Source: Orbicella franksi (Eukaryota). From it: 64,000 nt of DNA. Under the pieces are notes generated by a model that saw only the letters and a program-made list of their open reading frames with translations, had not been told where the DNA came from and did not search any database. The stretch lies in NCBI GenBank assembly GCA_964199315.1, contig OZ116702.1:32922001-32986000 (forward strand), read 5' to 3'. The position numbers and the translations under genes were made by a program. Each line of letters starts with the position of its first letter. Positions within the stretch are counted from its first letter, which is position 1. This document shows, one piece after another, positions 44,501 through 55,369 of this stretch.

Positions 44501-47500
44501 ATGTGATACAATGTAATACAATGTAATTAACTGTTTTGCAATACTTGGTCTTCTGCATGGACAAATGTCTTTATGTGACAAAAGCTCTGACCTGTTAGCT
44601 TATAGACTACAGCCCCAGTGAGGTTTCAGTTACAGCGATGTAACTCTGATCGTAAAACTTTTGTTTTCATCTTTCATCGATCGAAGCCTAATCCAGATAA
44701 AGGATGGACACGTCAAATGTTTCTTTCCTCCCAGACAACGGCTCAGCTAACTAAACGAAGAAGCATGCATGTGAAACGATTTATTTTAATTTTCTGATTT
44801 CATTCTGATGCAGGAAAAGATTTCCAAATTCGATTTTTTCCATGGATCCTATTTCAAATTGAAATAAGACAGAATCTATCCGCTGTAACTGAGTAATTAA
44901 TGCGAAATATGACCTCCAGACAAATGAAACATCAGGAGATAAATGGCAGACAAGATTTGTAACATAATTTTGAATTTACTCTACAATTTCTTGGCATCCT
45001 ATGGGTGAACCATATTGAACATAGAAATCCTCTCATAACTGCTTGCTGAATCTTCACTTTGAAAGTAGTGTTGTTGTCAATATAAAGCGATATCCAATTT
45101 CACACCCTCTTCAAAAACTAAACGAGACCAAATTTACAATTTGAATTATTAATTAGCGAGTCAAATTTCAAGACATTTAATCTCAAAAAAATCAAAAAAG
45201 AACTAAATAGAAAGGAAATGGGGTTTTATAATGCCTTTATCGCTTGAAAATGCTTGAAATAAGATCCTAAACTGGCAGGATTTTCACAGTATGTAGCGAG
45301 GAAGGGATTACTAAAACGATCACGCGTAGCTCGGAGTAACATGGCCACCGGTGTTGTAAAACAAGCACTGTTAAAAATGTGCAAATGGTTTTAGATTCAA
45401 TTAAAATTACTCGTACTTTGGACTGACTCTGTGTTTAAGCTAGCATTCTAGAGGTCATTTAGCGAATGAAATACGCATAGTTTGTGTGTACTTTTACACT
45501 AGATAAATAAAAAACTACTGCTAACTTCAACCTGCAAAACGATCGATGTACTAACGTTACATTTACATGTAATCTTCGGTACCTTTCGCGAGCGGAAAAT
45601 AAGGAAATGAAACTGAAATTACTTGATAAATTCTTCACTTACATTGCTTAGTGGAATACATCGAAAGGACTGTAATTAAGCTTAAATGCAAGCAAAATAT
45701 TGACGATATTAAGTGCGGTCTAATTCTTGAAGTTGCGAAAAGCAAAGATCTCAACAACAAGAATTAATGAGATGTTGTGAGCAACACATGCGGAATTCCG
45801 CTTGAAGGCAAATAAATTCCATTTCACAGCAATTATTGGAGCTCTATACCCGGGATAAAACGAAACAAAACCTTCCAAGGGAAAAGAATGCTGCCAATGC
45901 ACGATCAAAGCTTCTTAGCATACAGAAAAGTACGACCTCCATGTTGATCAAACAAATTCGTCGCGAATGGGTTTAGATGTTTGGAAAAGCTAACACGTTA
46001 TGTACATATGGTTTTATCTTGCGCTCACACAAATAATACGCCCTTAGTTGACTCTTGACAGTTTCAAATGGTGGAACACGTTGATAAACCTGAGCGATTA
46101 CAGACCAGAATTTCAATGTGACGCCGTAAGCGCTATTCCACAACAAAAGGCCGTTAGTCGAACTTTTACAGCGGGAATGTGGAACGAACAACTTGAAAAT
46201 GCCTTAAAATAATAGAATCACGTTTAATCAAGCCTTTTTTATCGAAATAATCGCAGAAAATTGTGCCTGCGGTTCGAAAAAATATGAAATATCCCTTAGC
46301 AGTTTCGTAAATTTCGCAGGGATATGTCATTGTCATGCAAAACCATCCTTCACAACTCAGTGTCACACTTGAATTTCAAGTAAGTGTTTGCGCTTTTTTC
46401 GACATAATCCAGAAATCTAACACTTTTCTTACCTTCAGGGCTTCTCCCTTGTGTATTTCCCATTTGTTCACGAATAAAATTGCCACCATAAAATCGATCG
46501 ATATGTTTTACTATGACATCTTCCCATTGACTTTCGCCAAGTGTCCCGGACACTTGTCCTGAGGCCCCAATCTGTCAAATGCTACTCATTTTGTTTATGT
46601 GCCAAACAATGCGCTCCAATATAAATAATTAATGAGTCGGATTACCAAAAAGTATGTAAATATATATGAAAGGAACTATTCTTTATTGAAACTCTCCTGT
46701 AAATATTTAGTTTCTTGGAGCCGATGAGCGATTTTATTCTCTTCCGGCGAGATAAATGTGGATTCCGTGATTTAGATATCGTACTCGTGTTAAGTATAAT
46801 ATTGGGCGGCCTGTAAATGTTTTTAAAGTGCGTGCTTACAAAGTTATTTCACGCAAACTTGCGTTCTCTCCAATATCGTTTGAAACTCGTCCTAATTTAA
46901 CGCTCTCAGATGCCATGGGAGAGCTGTCGTGGTAAATTAAAAATCTATTTTTACCAAACTTGTTGCGTGTTTCGTCTCGATTAGACGTGCTGTGAAACTG
47001 ATAACTGGATTAAATTACGCCTCGTGACCTGATATGGTATTTTAAAACTTAGGCATGCAAGAAATCATTTAAGAAACAAAACAGTGGATAAATTTGTCAA
47101 CAATAGTGAGATGCTATTGTTCAACTACGGATATTTAATAATTTATAATTGCAGTGCGTCAATTCTGGTGTCTAGTTAAAGTTACTCTTATTTTTAGCAG
47201 CCACCGACATGAAACAAATTATGTCAGTTTATTCCCGCATTTCGCAGGTTAGTAGAGATTTCCGAAATCAAGAGCGAAACTGCAACACTATCTCAAAGTT
47301 ATTGAGCCCTAGAGATCGCGGAGTTTGCTAAAATTAAAATTAATGGAATTGTGTACTCGATCGAAAGTGAAATACATTGTAACGGTATTGATGACGCAAG
47401 CACAAGGTAAAGGAATGACAATATTCGGCGTCTCCGTCTGCCGCTAATCAGGAGATCCACTTCCTCCACGCCGCTTCTTTTGATTGATAGCCGAGTTCTC

Positions 47501-48358
47501 CTCACTTACAACTGTACAGATCTATGGATGTTAGTTTGGAGAATTTTTCGTTACATCAAGTGTTACCTGTCTGTCTAGTAACAATGTGTTTATATTGCTT
47601 GGGGAAACAATATGTTCGCTACTATTGTATATTCGATGAAATGCTTGCTTCTCTTTAAAATATTGATACAAAGTGTCAGGTATGGAGAGGGAGGGAGGGA
47701 GGGGAAGGGGCTATTATGTCGTCTTGCTTAGAGGTGTAAATCCCAGCATGATTTTGGTCAGGAACAAATGCCACTATTTTTAGCCGTCAAGGTATCTTTT
47801 TTAGGGTTGCACGCGAGGAAGAAATAATTGAAAGCGTGGAAATGCATGTAGAATATACTTGTAGGAGAAAGTATTCGATCACAACGTGTTTTATCATAAC
47901 AGTGCATCGTTGTCTGTCTGCTTTCAAGTGTCTTAAAGTGTTGTAATTGTAAAGCTCTAGCCCACAATTTCAATTTTCCGACTCACCCACCCGTCCCTTA
48001 CTTTAACATCGAAGTTTTCCCGGGGGATCAGATTATCGCAGCTGATTTCCGAAACTGAAAAAAGAAACTATATTGGTTTATACAGCCTGCGTATAGTCTA
48101 GCACTATATGAGAAATGTATGAATACCAATGAATCTGCATGTGGAGTCAGGGTTATTAAACTGTTGAAAGGCCCAAGAACACAGGAAGCCATGACAAGCG
48201 GTAATTGGGTTTTAAATAATTCACTACCGGTTTTAAAAGCCGCGATGAAACCTACAGTTATCTACTTAACAGAAATGTCAACGGTCTGTCAACATATCCA
48301 ACGTGCTTCACAATAGCTACTCGTAAAACATGTGAAATATTTTTGTAAATCTCCTCTT

Positions 48359-48408
48359 TACGCCCCTGAAGAATGCTGGTAGTCAGGCCAGCCAAAACGT
48401 ATTCCGTA
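48359..48408 (+). ncRNA. Degenerate hammerhead-ribozyme-like motif (probably inactive)
   Basis: CTGAAGA, stem GCTGG/CCAGC, then C-AAAA-C-GTA; the catalytic G of GAAA appears replaced by A. Confidence 0.4.
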
Positions 48409-49198
48409 TTTACATGTAAAAATCAAGTTAAATTCGTCGTTACGTCGGCTTTGCTTAGTTTTCGTGTACATCTTCAGCCGACTCGATCAATTTTGTATGT
48501 CTGACGCAATCCGTGCAATGTACACTATCGTGCAAGTTGCAAGAGTAAGTTCGTAGACAAGTGTTTATCAAATAATTCTTAAATTGCGATGACGTTAAGA
48601 TACAAACGTTCGAGATAATATAATACTCGTGATAGAAGAAAAGGACTCAACATTTGTACAGAGTACTCACGTTTCGTGGAAATTCGCTCTTCGCTCTGGT
48701 TGAGAGTTCAATCCTTCGCTGATAACTTTACCTATATCATTGCAATCTAAGTTATCGATATTTGATCATGGTATAGTCAAGATGACTTCACTGTTTCTCG
48801 AATACAGCCTAACTAAACTGGGAACTAAATAAAGTCATCCGTTTGTGACATACACCGGCAAGATTAGTGTTCAGGTTTGTTTGTTAGCTCTTCTCTTATC
48901 AAGTGTCGCTGTATGTTGTCATTTATAATTACATCAGTACAATTGAATGAGTGATCAGAGAACTAAGACGTCACGAGAGGGGTAACATTAACATGTCTCT
49001 ATATCAAGTTAGTCTGAATTCTTTGAACTTGATTTACGTACCAATCCAATTGAAACCCGATTTATTATATGGTTAGCTCTGTGAGCTTAGCTGTGATTGG
49101 CTACCCGAGCGGGCAAGATGGTGCTATCTGGCCCGCTCGGGATTACCCACTGTGTGCCGCAAGAAAATATTTGGGTTTTCTTTCCATATAATAAAGCC

Positions 49199-49216
49199 GT
49201 TATTAACCAAGCATGA

Positions 49217-49247
<31 letters not shown>

Positions 49248-49341
49248 TTTTTTGCGTGTTTATGGACCGGGACGGAGTGAACACGTAAAAAAAGAACGAG
49301 GCCAATATCCAGCCATCCTGACCTCATGCTTGGTCAATAAC
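49199..49341. mobile_element. Hairpin MITE
   Basis: ~48-bp inverted repeats, GTTATTAACCAAGCATGAGGTCAAGATGGCTGGATATTGGCCTCGTTC and its reverse complement with 2 mismatches. Confidence 0.85.
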
Positions 49342-49521
49342 CCATATATGCAGGATATGAGCAGCAGTTAAACGCTGCTTCAGGCCAACAAAGGTGCCGC
49401 GACGCCAGGAGGATCTCGTAAGAATTTGGCACAGTTAATGCCTCAACGTGTATTATAGATTAAAAGTAAAGAGAACCGGAGGACGGACAACTTCTGCCAT
49501 AAAAAAGCTAAAAGTAAAAAT

Positions 49522-49560
49522 TACTAAAACGTTTCGGTCTTAGACCTTCATCAGTTGCCT
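49522..49560 (-). ncRNA. Minimal type I hammerhead-ribozyme motif (orphan)
   Basis: Minus strand: GGCAA-CTGATGA-A-GGTC(TAA)GACC-GAAA-C-GTT. The core and stem II are intact; stem I is weak. Confidence 0.55.
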
Positions 49561-49785
49561 AGGTAGGATATGAGCTGTAGCTCGTTAAGTAATGAGCTCA
49601 GCTTATTTTTCCCTGATCCCCACACTCCTCGCGGCTGCCTGCCACAATAATATTCGCGAAAAAAGCAATTGGAAAAACATACAAGTAAAATACAGTGGAT
49701 GGTCGTTCGATATGGAAATAAAACCCGCGGCAAAAAGATTTTCATGTCAGCGAGAGAAGGTAGCGCTGCTGAAACGTGTAACTTC

Positions 49786-50459
49786 AACCTATATCCCAAC
49801 GCCTTTTCCCTTGCTTGGGGCCGGGCGGGAAAAGACCCTGGCATCGGCTGGTCACGTGATACCTCATAATTATTTCGTGAACTATAATTTATGCAACCGC
49901 TCGCAAATCCTCTATTCCTATTGGCGGTTAGAATTCCCGCAAAAATACAAAAAATCATTAATTTAAGCGGGCTAATGAAGCTGGTAGGCAACTGCAGGCT
50001 AGTGTGCTATCGAGTCTGGTGAATAGAATAAGTTTTCTGTGGTGTTCTGTATGGAGCCGTCGACTCCCAAAAAGCTACATGCTGGAAATTCGGCGTGTGT
50101 CGGCTTTGTAGTGGTGCGTAAAAAAACCGTCATATGTTTCGGTTTTTAGATAAAAGCAGCATCGAAAAAAAAAGCTTACTTCGAAAATTCACCATGCCTG
50201 TGGAGTGTGGAATCACTGGAAGGGAGGCTGATTGCCTTGTAAAGTTGGTTATCAGGAAATACGAAGCATTTGTCGTCACTAATACAAGGTGAGCGACTTC
50301 ACCAAAAGATAGGGGTATTCAAACTGAACTTGAACTAGGACAAAACTGTTCAGAGTAGCGCTGCACGAAATTATCGCCATCTTGTAAACAGCCTTTGAAG
50401 CTCGCGGCTACCACCCCGCTCCTCCCCCAAGCAAGGGAAAAGGCCCTGGGAACGAGGTT
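49786..50459. mobile_element. ~670-bp element with ~35-bp terminal inverted repeats
   Basis: AACCTATATCCCAACGCCTTTTCCCTTGCTTGGGG at the left versus CCCCAAGCAAGGGAAAAGGCCCTGGGAACGAGGTT at the right. Confidence 0.6.
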
Positions 50460-51295
50460 AGTAACCTTGGAAACTTAACTAAAGCTGGAAGTGCGCTGAA
50501 GGAAATACTCCATAAAGGTTTCGTGCGCAGTGCAGGAGAAAACTAAAAGAGGAAATTGGCCTTGAGTAGAAGGAGGAGATGGAGAGAAAGAGATTGGAAT
50601 ATCCTTCAGAAGTTATTCAGAAGTTATTCTTCAGATAATTTGAGGTGTTTTTTAGGAGAAATATATCTTCATAAGTTTCATTGGGACTAACTAACATGTC
50701 TGTGAAAGATAGCATTATTTGCTGAATGATAAATTTTCTGTTAACAGGTAGGTAAGTGCTTAAGACAACAAAGTTCCATAGCATCCGCCAGTGGTGAAAA
50801 GCGAACGTTATGTAGCTGAAAACTCGTTTTCAAACATGTCACACTGCATGCTAAAAATAAGCAAACAAAACAACAATAACAAAACAAACAAAAGAAAACA
50901 TAAGACAGAAGGCCAATCACATCAGAATGGACTGAAGGAAATTTTTATTCACTGGCTTGAAAATAGGCCACTTCCAAACAATCTCACTCCTGGCCATTTT
51001 AGAGTTACATTGTGCCTCTCAGTTTCAAAAAGCGAGTGCTCTTGCAAAACCTTTCACATGAAGATCAGTTTGATTGACGTTTGCGTGAAAATGATCATGA
51101 AGGAGGGGGGCGGGGGAAACACATTTTTGTATGAATGGTTTCACACAAGCCCTGACTCGTTTTGAAACAGAGGCAAAAGGAAAATTCCCTCGTTTCATTT
51201 CAAATGTCAGGGATCGATTCTTAAATTAGGGAGAGTAAACGTGTTTTATTTACAAAGACGCCTCATACACTCAGAAAATGTTTATTCTTTGAAAG

Positions 51296-53101
51296 TCATC
51301 CTATGATAGCAGGCTCGATTTCTGTGATACCAGCACACTTCCACTTTGCTGTCAGCACGGTTAGTTGCTCATCCTCTTCAGTATCGCCTTCCTGAATCCT
51401 CTCTTCCAACACGTATTCCCCGTGCTGCTCGCAGCCGATATCAAATCGATATTTACCGCCGCCTTGAAGATTATCATCAACAAAATTTCCTACGTATCTG
51501 TGATTAGAGTGAACCAGTTCTCCAGAGCCATCCCGCTTGCCGTGTACCCATGATCCTTTGTACTTGGTCCCAGTCGCCGAGTAGGTGTACACTCCATGAC
51601 CGTGCCTCTGATGCTCGTACCAGTTCCCTTCGTAAGTGTCGCCACTCACGTAGTAGTAAATTCCATGGCCGTTTCTGCGATCCTCGACCCAGCCACCCTC
51701 GTAGCGCGAGCCGTCTGGGTACCAAAACGTCCCTTGGCCGTGTTTCTTGCCTTTCACGTACTCACCAACGTATTTGGAGCCGTTTTTGAAGCGGTACGTT
51801 CCATTGCCGTGTCGCTTACCGTGCTCGTATTGTCCCTCGTATGTGTCTCCGTTCGGTAGCGTTGCTTTACCGTAGCCATGCCGTTCTTCACTTTCATTTC
51901 GTTCTCCTTCATATTCCTACGAAACAGCAAAAGGATAAAATCATTTGATAACTAATTTATGTACCCCTCGCCCAAACAGCTCTTTAAAAAGGACTAACCC
52001 CTCCATATCTCCCAAGTATGCGGCAGACATTTAGGAACAACTGGAGCCAGCCAGTAAGTAAAATGTCCTGTGTTAGGGGGCGAAAGGTGGCGATTGGAAA
52101 GTCAGATTTATTGCGTTTTGTTAGAAACTTTTTATACCAGTTTAAAATTAATTTCGTTTGCTGTTACAGTTTCATCTTTTTTTTCTTAAGACTGGCTCAT
52201 TTCAGGGACATTTGTTGCCTTGAATGATCAAAAATGTGTTCGAGTTCTGTGCTGGCCAGCTTTTATTTGAAGCCATGCGCTCATGGTCGCACCTTGGTCA
52301 ACATCTTTAATGAGAAAAATTGTTTATATTGTTTATCTGTCGTGTCAAAAACATAATAATTGCATAAATGGAAATGGAAATTTTTCAGCGAACTTTCAAA
52401 CGTTACGTTTGGTAACTGCTTATAAAACTTCACTGCTATAGCAATTGATTTTATTTCGTGGGTTTCATCTTTCTTTTCAGAATAACAAGCGTCTCGCTAA
52501 GTGTGTGTATTCCAGTATTTTTCAATTATTTGCTTTTCCTTTTAATATCACCATTTTGTTGACTTTTCTGTGATGCCAATTACTGGGTGATAATTTCTTT
52601 ATAGCATCAGTGATATTTCACTGGGCAGTCGGTTCGTCGGGAAAGTTAGTAACGTAGAACTGATCGAAGAATTATCGATTTCCAGAAAGTTTCTTGCCTT
52701 CTTTCAAGTCGTTAAAGCAGAAACTACTAGAGAAAAATTGCTATATTTCCGAAACACCCTGTTTATGGTTCATCAAACAAATGATTTGTCAACCTTACAA
52801 TGTAAAGAAAGTTTCATTTCGAACGAAAATTGTACGCAAAAATATTTGAACGGTCTAAGTGCTTTCGCTGCATTGTTCCAAGCTCCGACATCACTGTTCA
52901 AGACGACGAAATTCGCGAATTATAAAACTAAAGATGACAGACTTTGAAAGCCTGAAGAGCAGCTGGCAAAATTCGAGATAATATTGACATGTACGAGTTC
53001 GCTTCCATTTCGCCTGCAAATATGGTTGTAAAAGTGTTTTCACTTACCCCAAGATTGATACCTTCGTCTTCTTCGAAGTCTTCCGATCCTATGTCCGACA
53101 T
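51296..53101 (-). CDS. RSPH1: Radial spoke head 1 homolog (MORN-repeat protein). Exons: 53101-53048, 51916-51296; 224 aa
   Basis: [18 protein letters not shown]|[14 protein letters not shown]...[18 protein letters not shown]...[15 protein letters not shown]...KWK follows vertebrate RSPH1 colinearly. GT-AG phase-0 intron; AATAAA just after the stop. Confidence 0.95.
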
Positions 53102-53214
53102 ATTCAAGTAATGAAGTTTGTAATATATATCAAAGCAAAGGGCAGGATCCTGTTCACGTTAAAAGCTCGGTAAATATTATTTCAAGTTGTGTTTGCAGCG
53201 GCTTCTGGCTTTGT

Positions 53215-53228
53215 GTTGCCCGAGCAAC
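53215..53228. promoter_or_regulatory. RFX X-box upstream of RSPH1
   Basis: GTTGCCCGAGCAAC fits the GTNRCC(N0-3)RGYAAC consensus, 114 bp upstream of the ATG of a motile-cilia gene. Confidence 0.7.
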
Positions 53229-54109
53229 AATGCGAGAAGTTAAATTTGAAAGTCAAATGTGGTTCTTTTCTTATGCATATGATTAGCCGCCATTGTTTGG
53301 CGGATTGAATCGTGAGCCTCCCGCGTGGAAAGAATCAAAACACACAAAAAAGAAGGCGATGCATCACGGTTTTGCACTTGGCAAACAAAAACCGAGGAAA
53401 ATCTTAGGCTCCTTTTTGCCATCTGTATGTTGCGAGTTCAGTAGTTCACGCGAAGCCCGCGCGAGTCAACACCCGGGCTTTAAAGAGACGGGTGAATTTA
53501 CGCTCAGCTTGCCCTCTTTCCAGATTCTTTCACAACGCGTTGCCTACTGCTTCAGCGAGTTTTTATGACAACGACGGACCGTGGAGGTTTCGCAATCGTT
53601 CTCCTTTGTAGGAATCAGTTTACTTAAGTTAAGTGTCGAAGTGTTTGGCACGGCAGTACTAATTGAGAACACTGAAACTGACAGCAAACAAATATTTCAA
53701 ATGGAACAGAAACTTGTCAAAAATCCCATTCGGCGAGAGACTGACCGGTTAGCTGTTTACAAAGCGTGGAGTTTAATTTGGAACCACCGAACACAGCTCC
53801 ATCTAGCGGCAGGGGGGAGGATTCAATCCTTGGACCTCCAACCTCAATTTGTAAAAACATTTTTTCAGATTGGTGCTCGGTGTTCGGTTTTCATAGCCTT
53901 ACGACGTGGAATACACAGGAAAAAGAACAGTTTCAAAAAAACCGATTTTGATGGGAAAAAAGACAGAAAAAAAATAATGGATGATCCTGGTAACTAGTTC
54001 GCCTCAACTCAGTATGCCAACTGCGAATACTGTGTACCCACTCTCCTCCCGCCAATAAAATTATGCGCAGAGGTAATGATTCCCTCTTATAAAAATGCTG
54101 TCCTCTAAA

Positions 54110-54835
54110 GGGGCTGAAATTTCATCTCGGGCTGAAGTCCACGATGTAATCACCCCTTTGGCTCTTGATTGTCGGTAAATGAAGAATTTCAGCCCGGACT
54201 GAAATTACAGCCCGGTGAAGTAGCTGGAATCTTGTTGTGATTACATTTCAAGTTTCATGCAACCGGGATTTAAACCTCCTTTTCTCTCGGAATTTCTCCC
54301 TATAGCTGCCTCACTTGATTAAAAACACAGTCACTGCGAATGCCCAAGATCTCTTTTCAACCCGGACTGAAAGTGCATTCCGATTACGTGGGTTCTTTTG
54401 GACTTTCAAGCCCATTTGACCGAGTTGAAACTCGAGGCTGGAACTTCCATCCCGGTCTACTATTCAAGCAATCACCATCTTTATTCCAAGGGATTTTTCT
54501 AAGAGGCCACTTAATTAAGCACTTCCTGGAGGGCGATTGCATTGAATTAGCCCGGCTAAGCTTTCGAAACAAATCCTCTTTAAATGAAGTGAACGAATAC
54601 ATGGAGAAAATTTCAGCCTTGGCTGAAATTCAGCCCGTGCTTAAAAATTCAGTCATGGAGAAAAAATTTCAGCCCGCGCTGAAAAATTCTTGGGAAAAAA
54701 ATAAGCCCATAATAGGAATGGAATTTCAGTTCGGGCTGAAAACAGAACTTGGAGCAAGCGTAGTGTATTTCAGTGAAACAAGATCAGTGAAGGCGGCCAC
54801 GAAGGAGAAAAGGTTTCAACCTGGGAGGAAATTTG
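54110..54835. repeat. Dispersed array of palindromic TTCAGCCC(G)GGGCTGAA-type motifs, probably a non-autonomous transposon
   Basis: About 10 variants of AATTTCAGCCCG / CGGGCTGAAAT in both orientations. Confidence 0.6.
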
Positions 54836-55369
54836 TTACGTAAGATCAACTGAAATTACACTTCTTAACTCTGAATAAGATGATATTTTCTTCAAGGTAT
54901 AAAGCCGATAAAAGGATGAATCGTGCTGGAAAGAATTTGCTAACATACTCACTGGCATTGGAATAAAGCCATCTGAAACAGATTGTTTTGCTGTTACGGC
55001 TTGTTCATCAGTTGTTGTGTCTAGAAGTTACCTTTCAGGTCAATACTTCTGCAAGATATTCATTTTTGGAATGTCTGCATTTACTATCAGATGTATCTTT
55101 TCGTTTATTCTCAAGGGCAGAAACATACAGCTGTTTCCTCATTTAATTGTGTCTCGCACAAGCGAAGAAGCGAATGCGGCAATGCTGATTGGTACTATAG
55201 GTGGTGATGGTTTCTCGTTGCTTGGTTGTAGTTCACAGTGTTTCAGCAAGCAGGAAGAGGAAGCCTTGAAAACACGCGTTTGTGCTGTTTCCTATCCCGT
55301 TGAAACATTAAGCTTCAATCAAACTTTAGAAGAAACAAAACACAAACCGCGGTGATAAACATGGAACCA

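Noticed and set aside
54340-54843. 167-aa ORF
   Set aside because: It lies entirely within the palindromic repeat element and has no recognisable domain.
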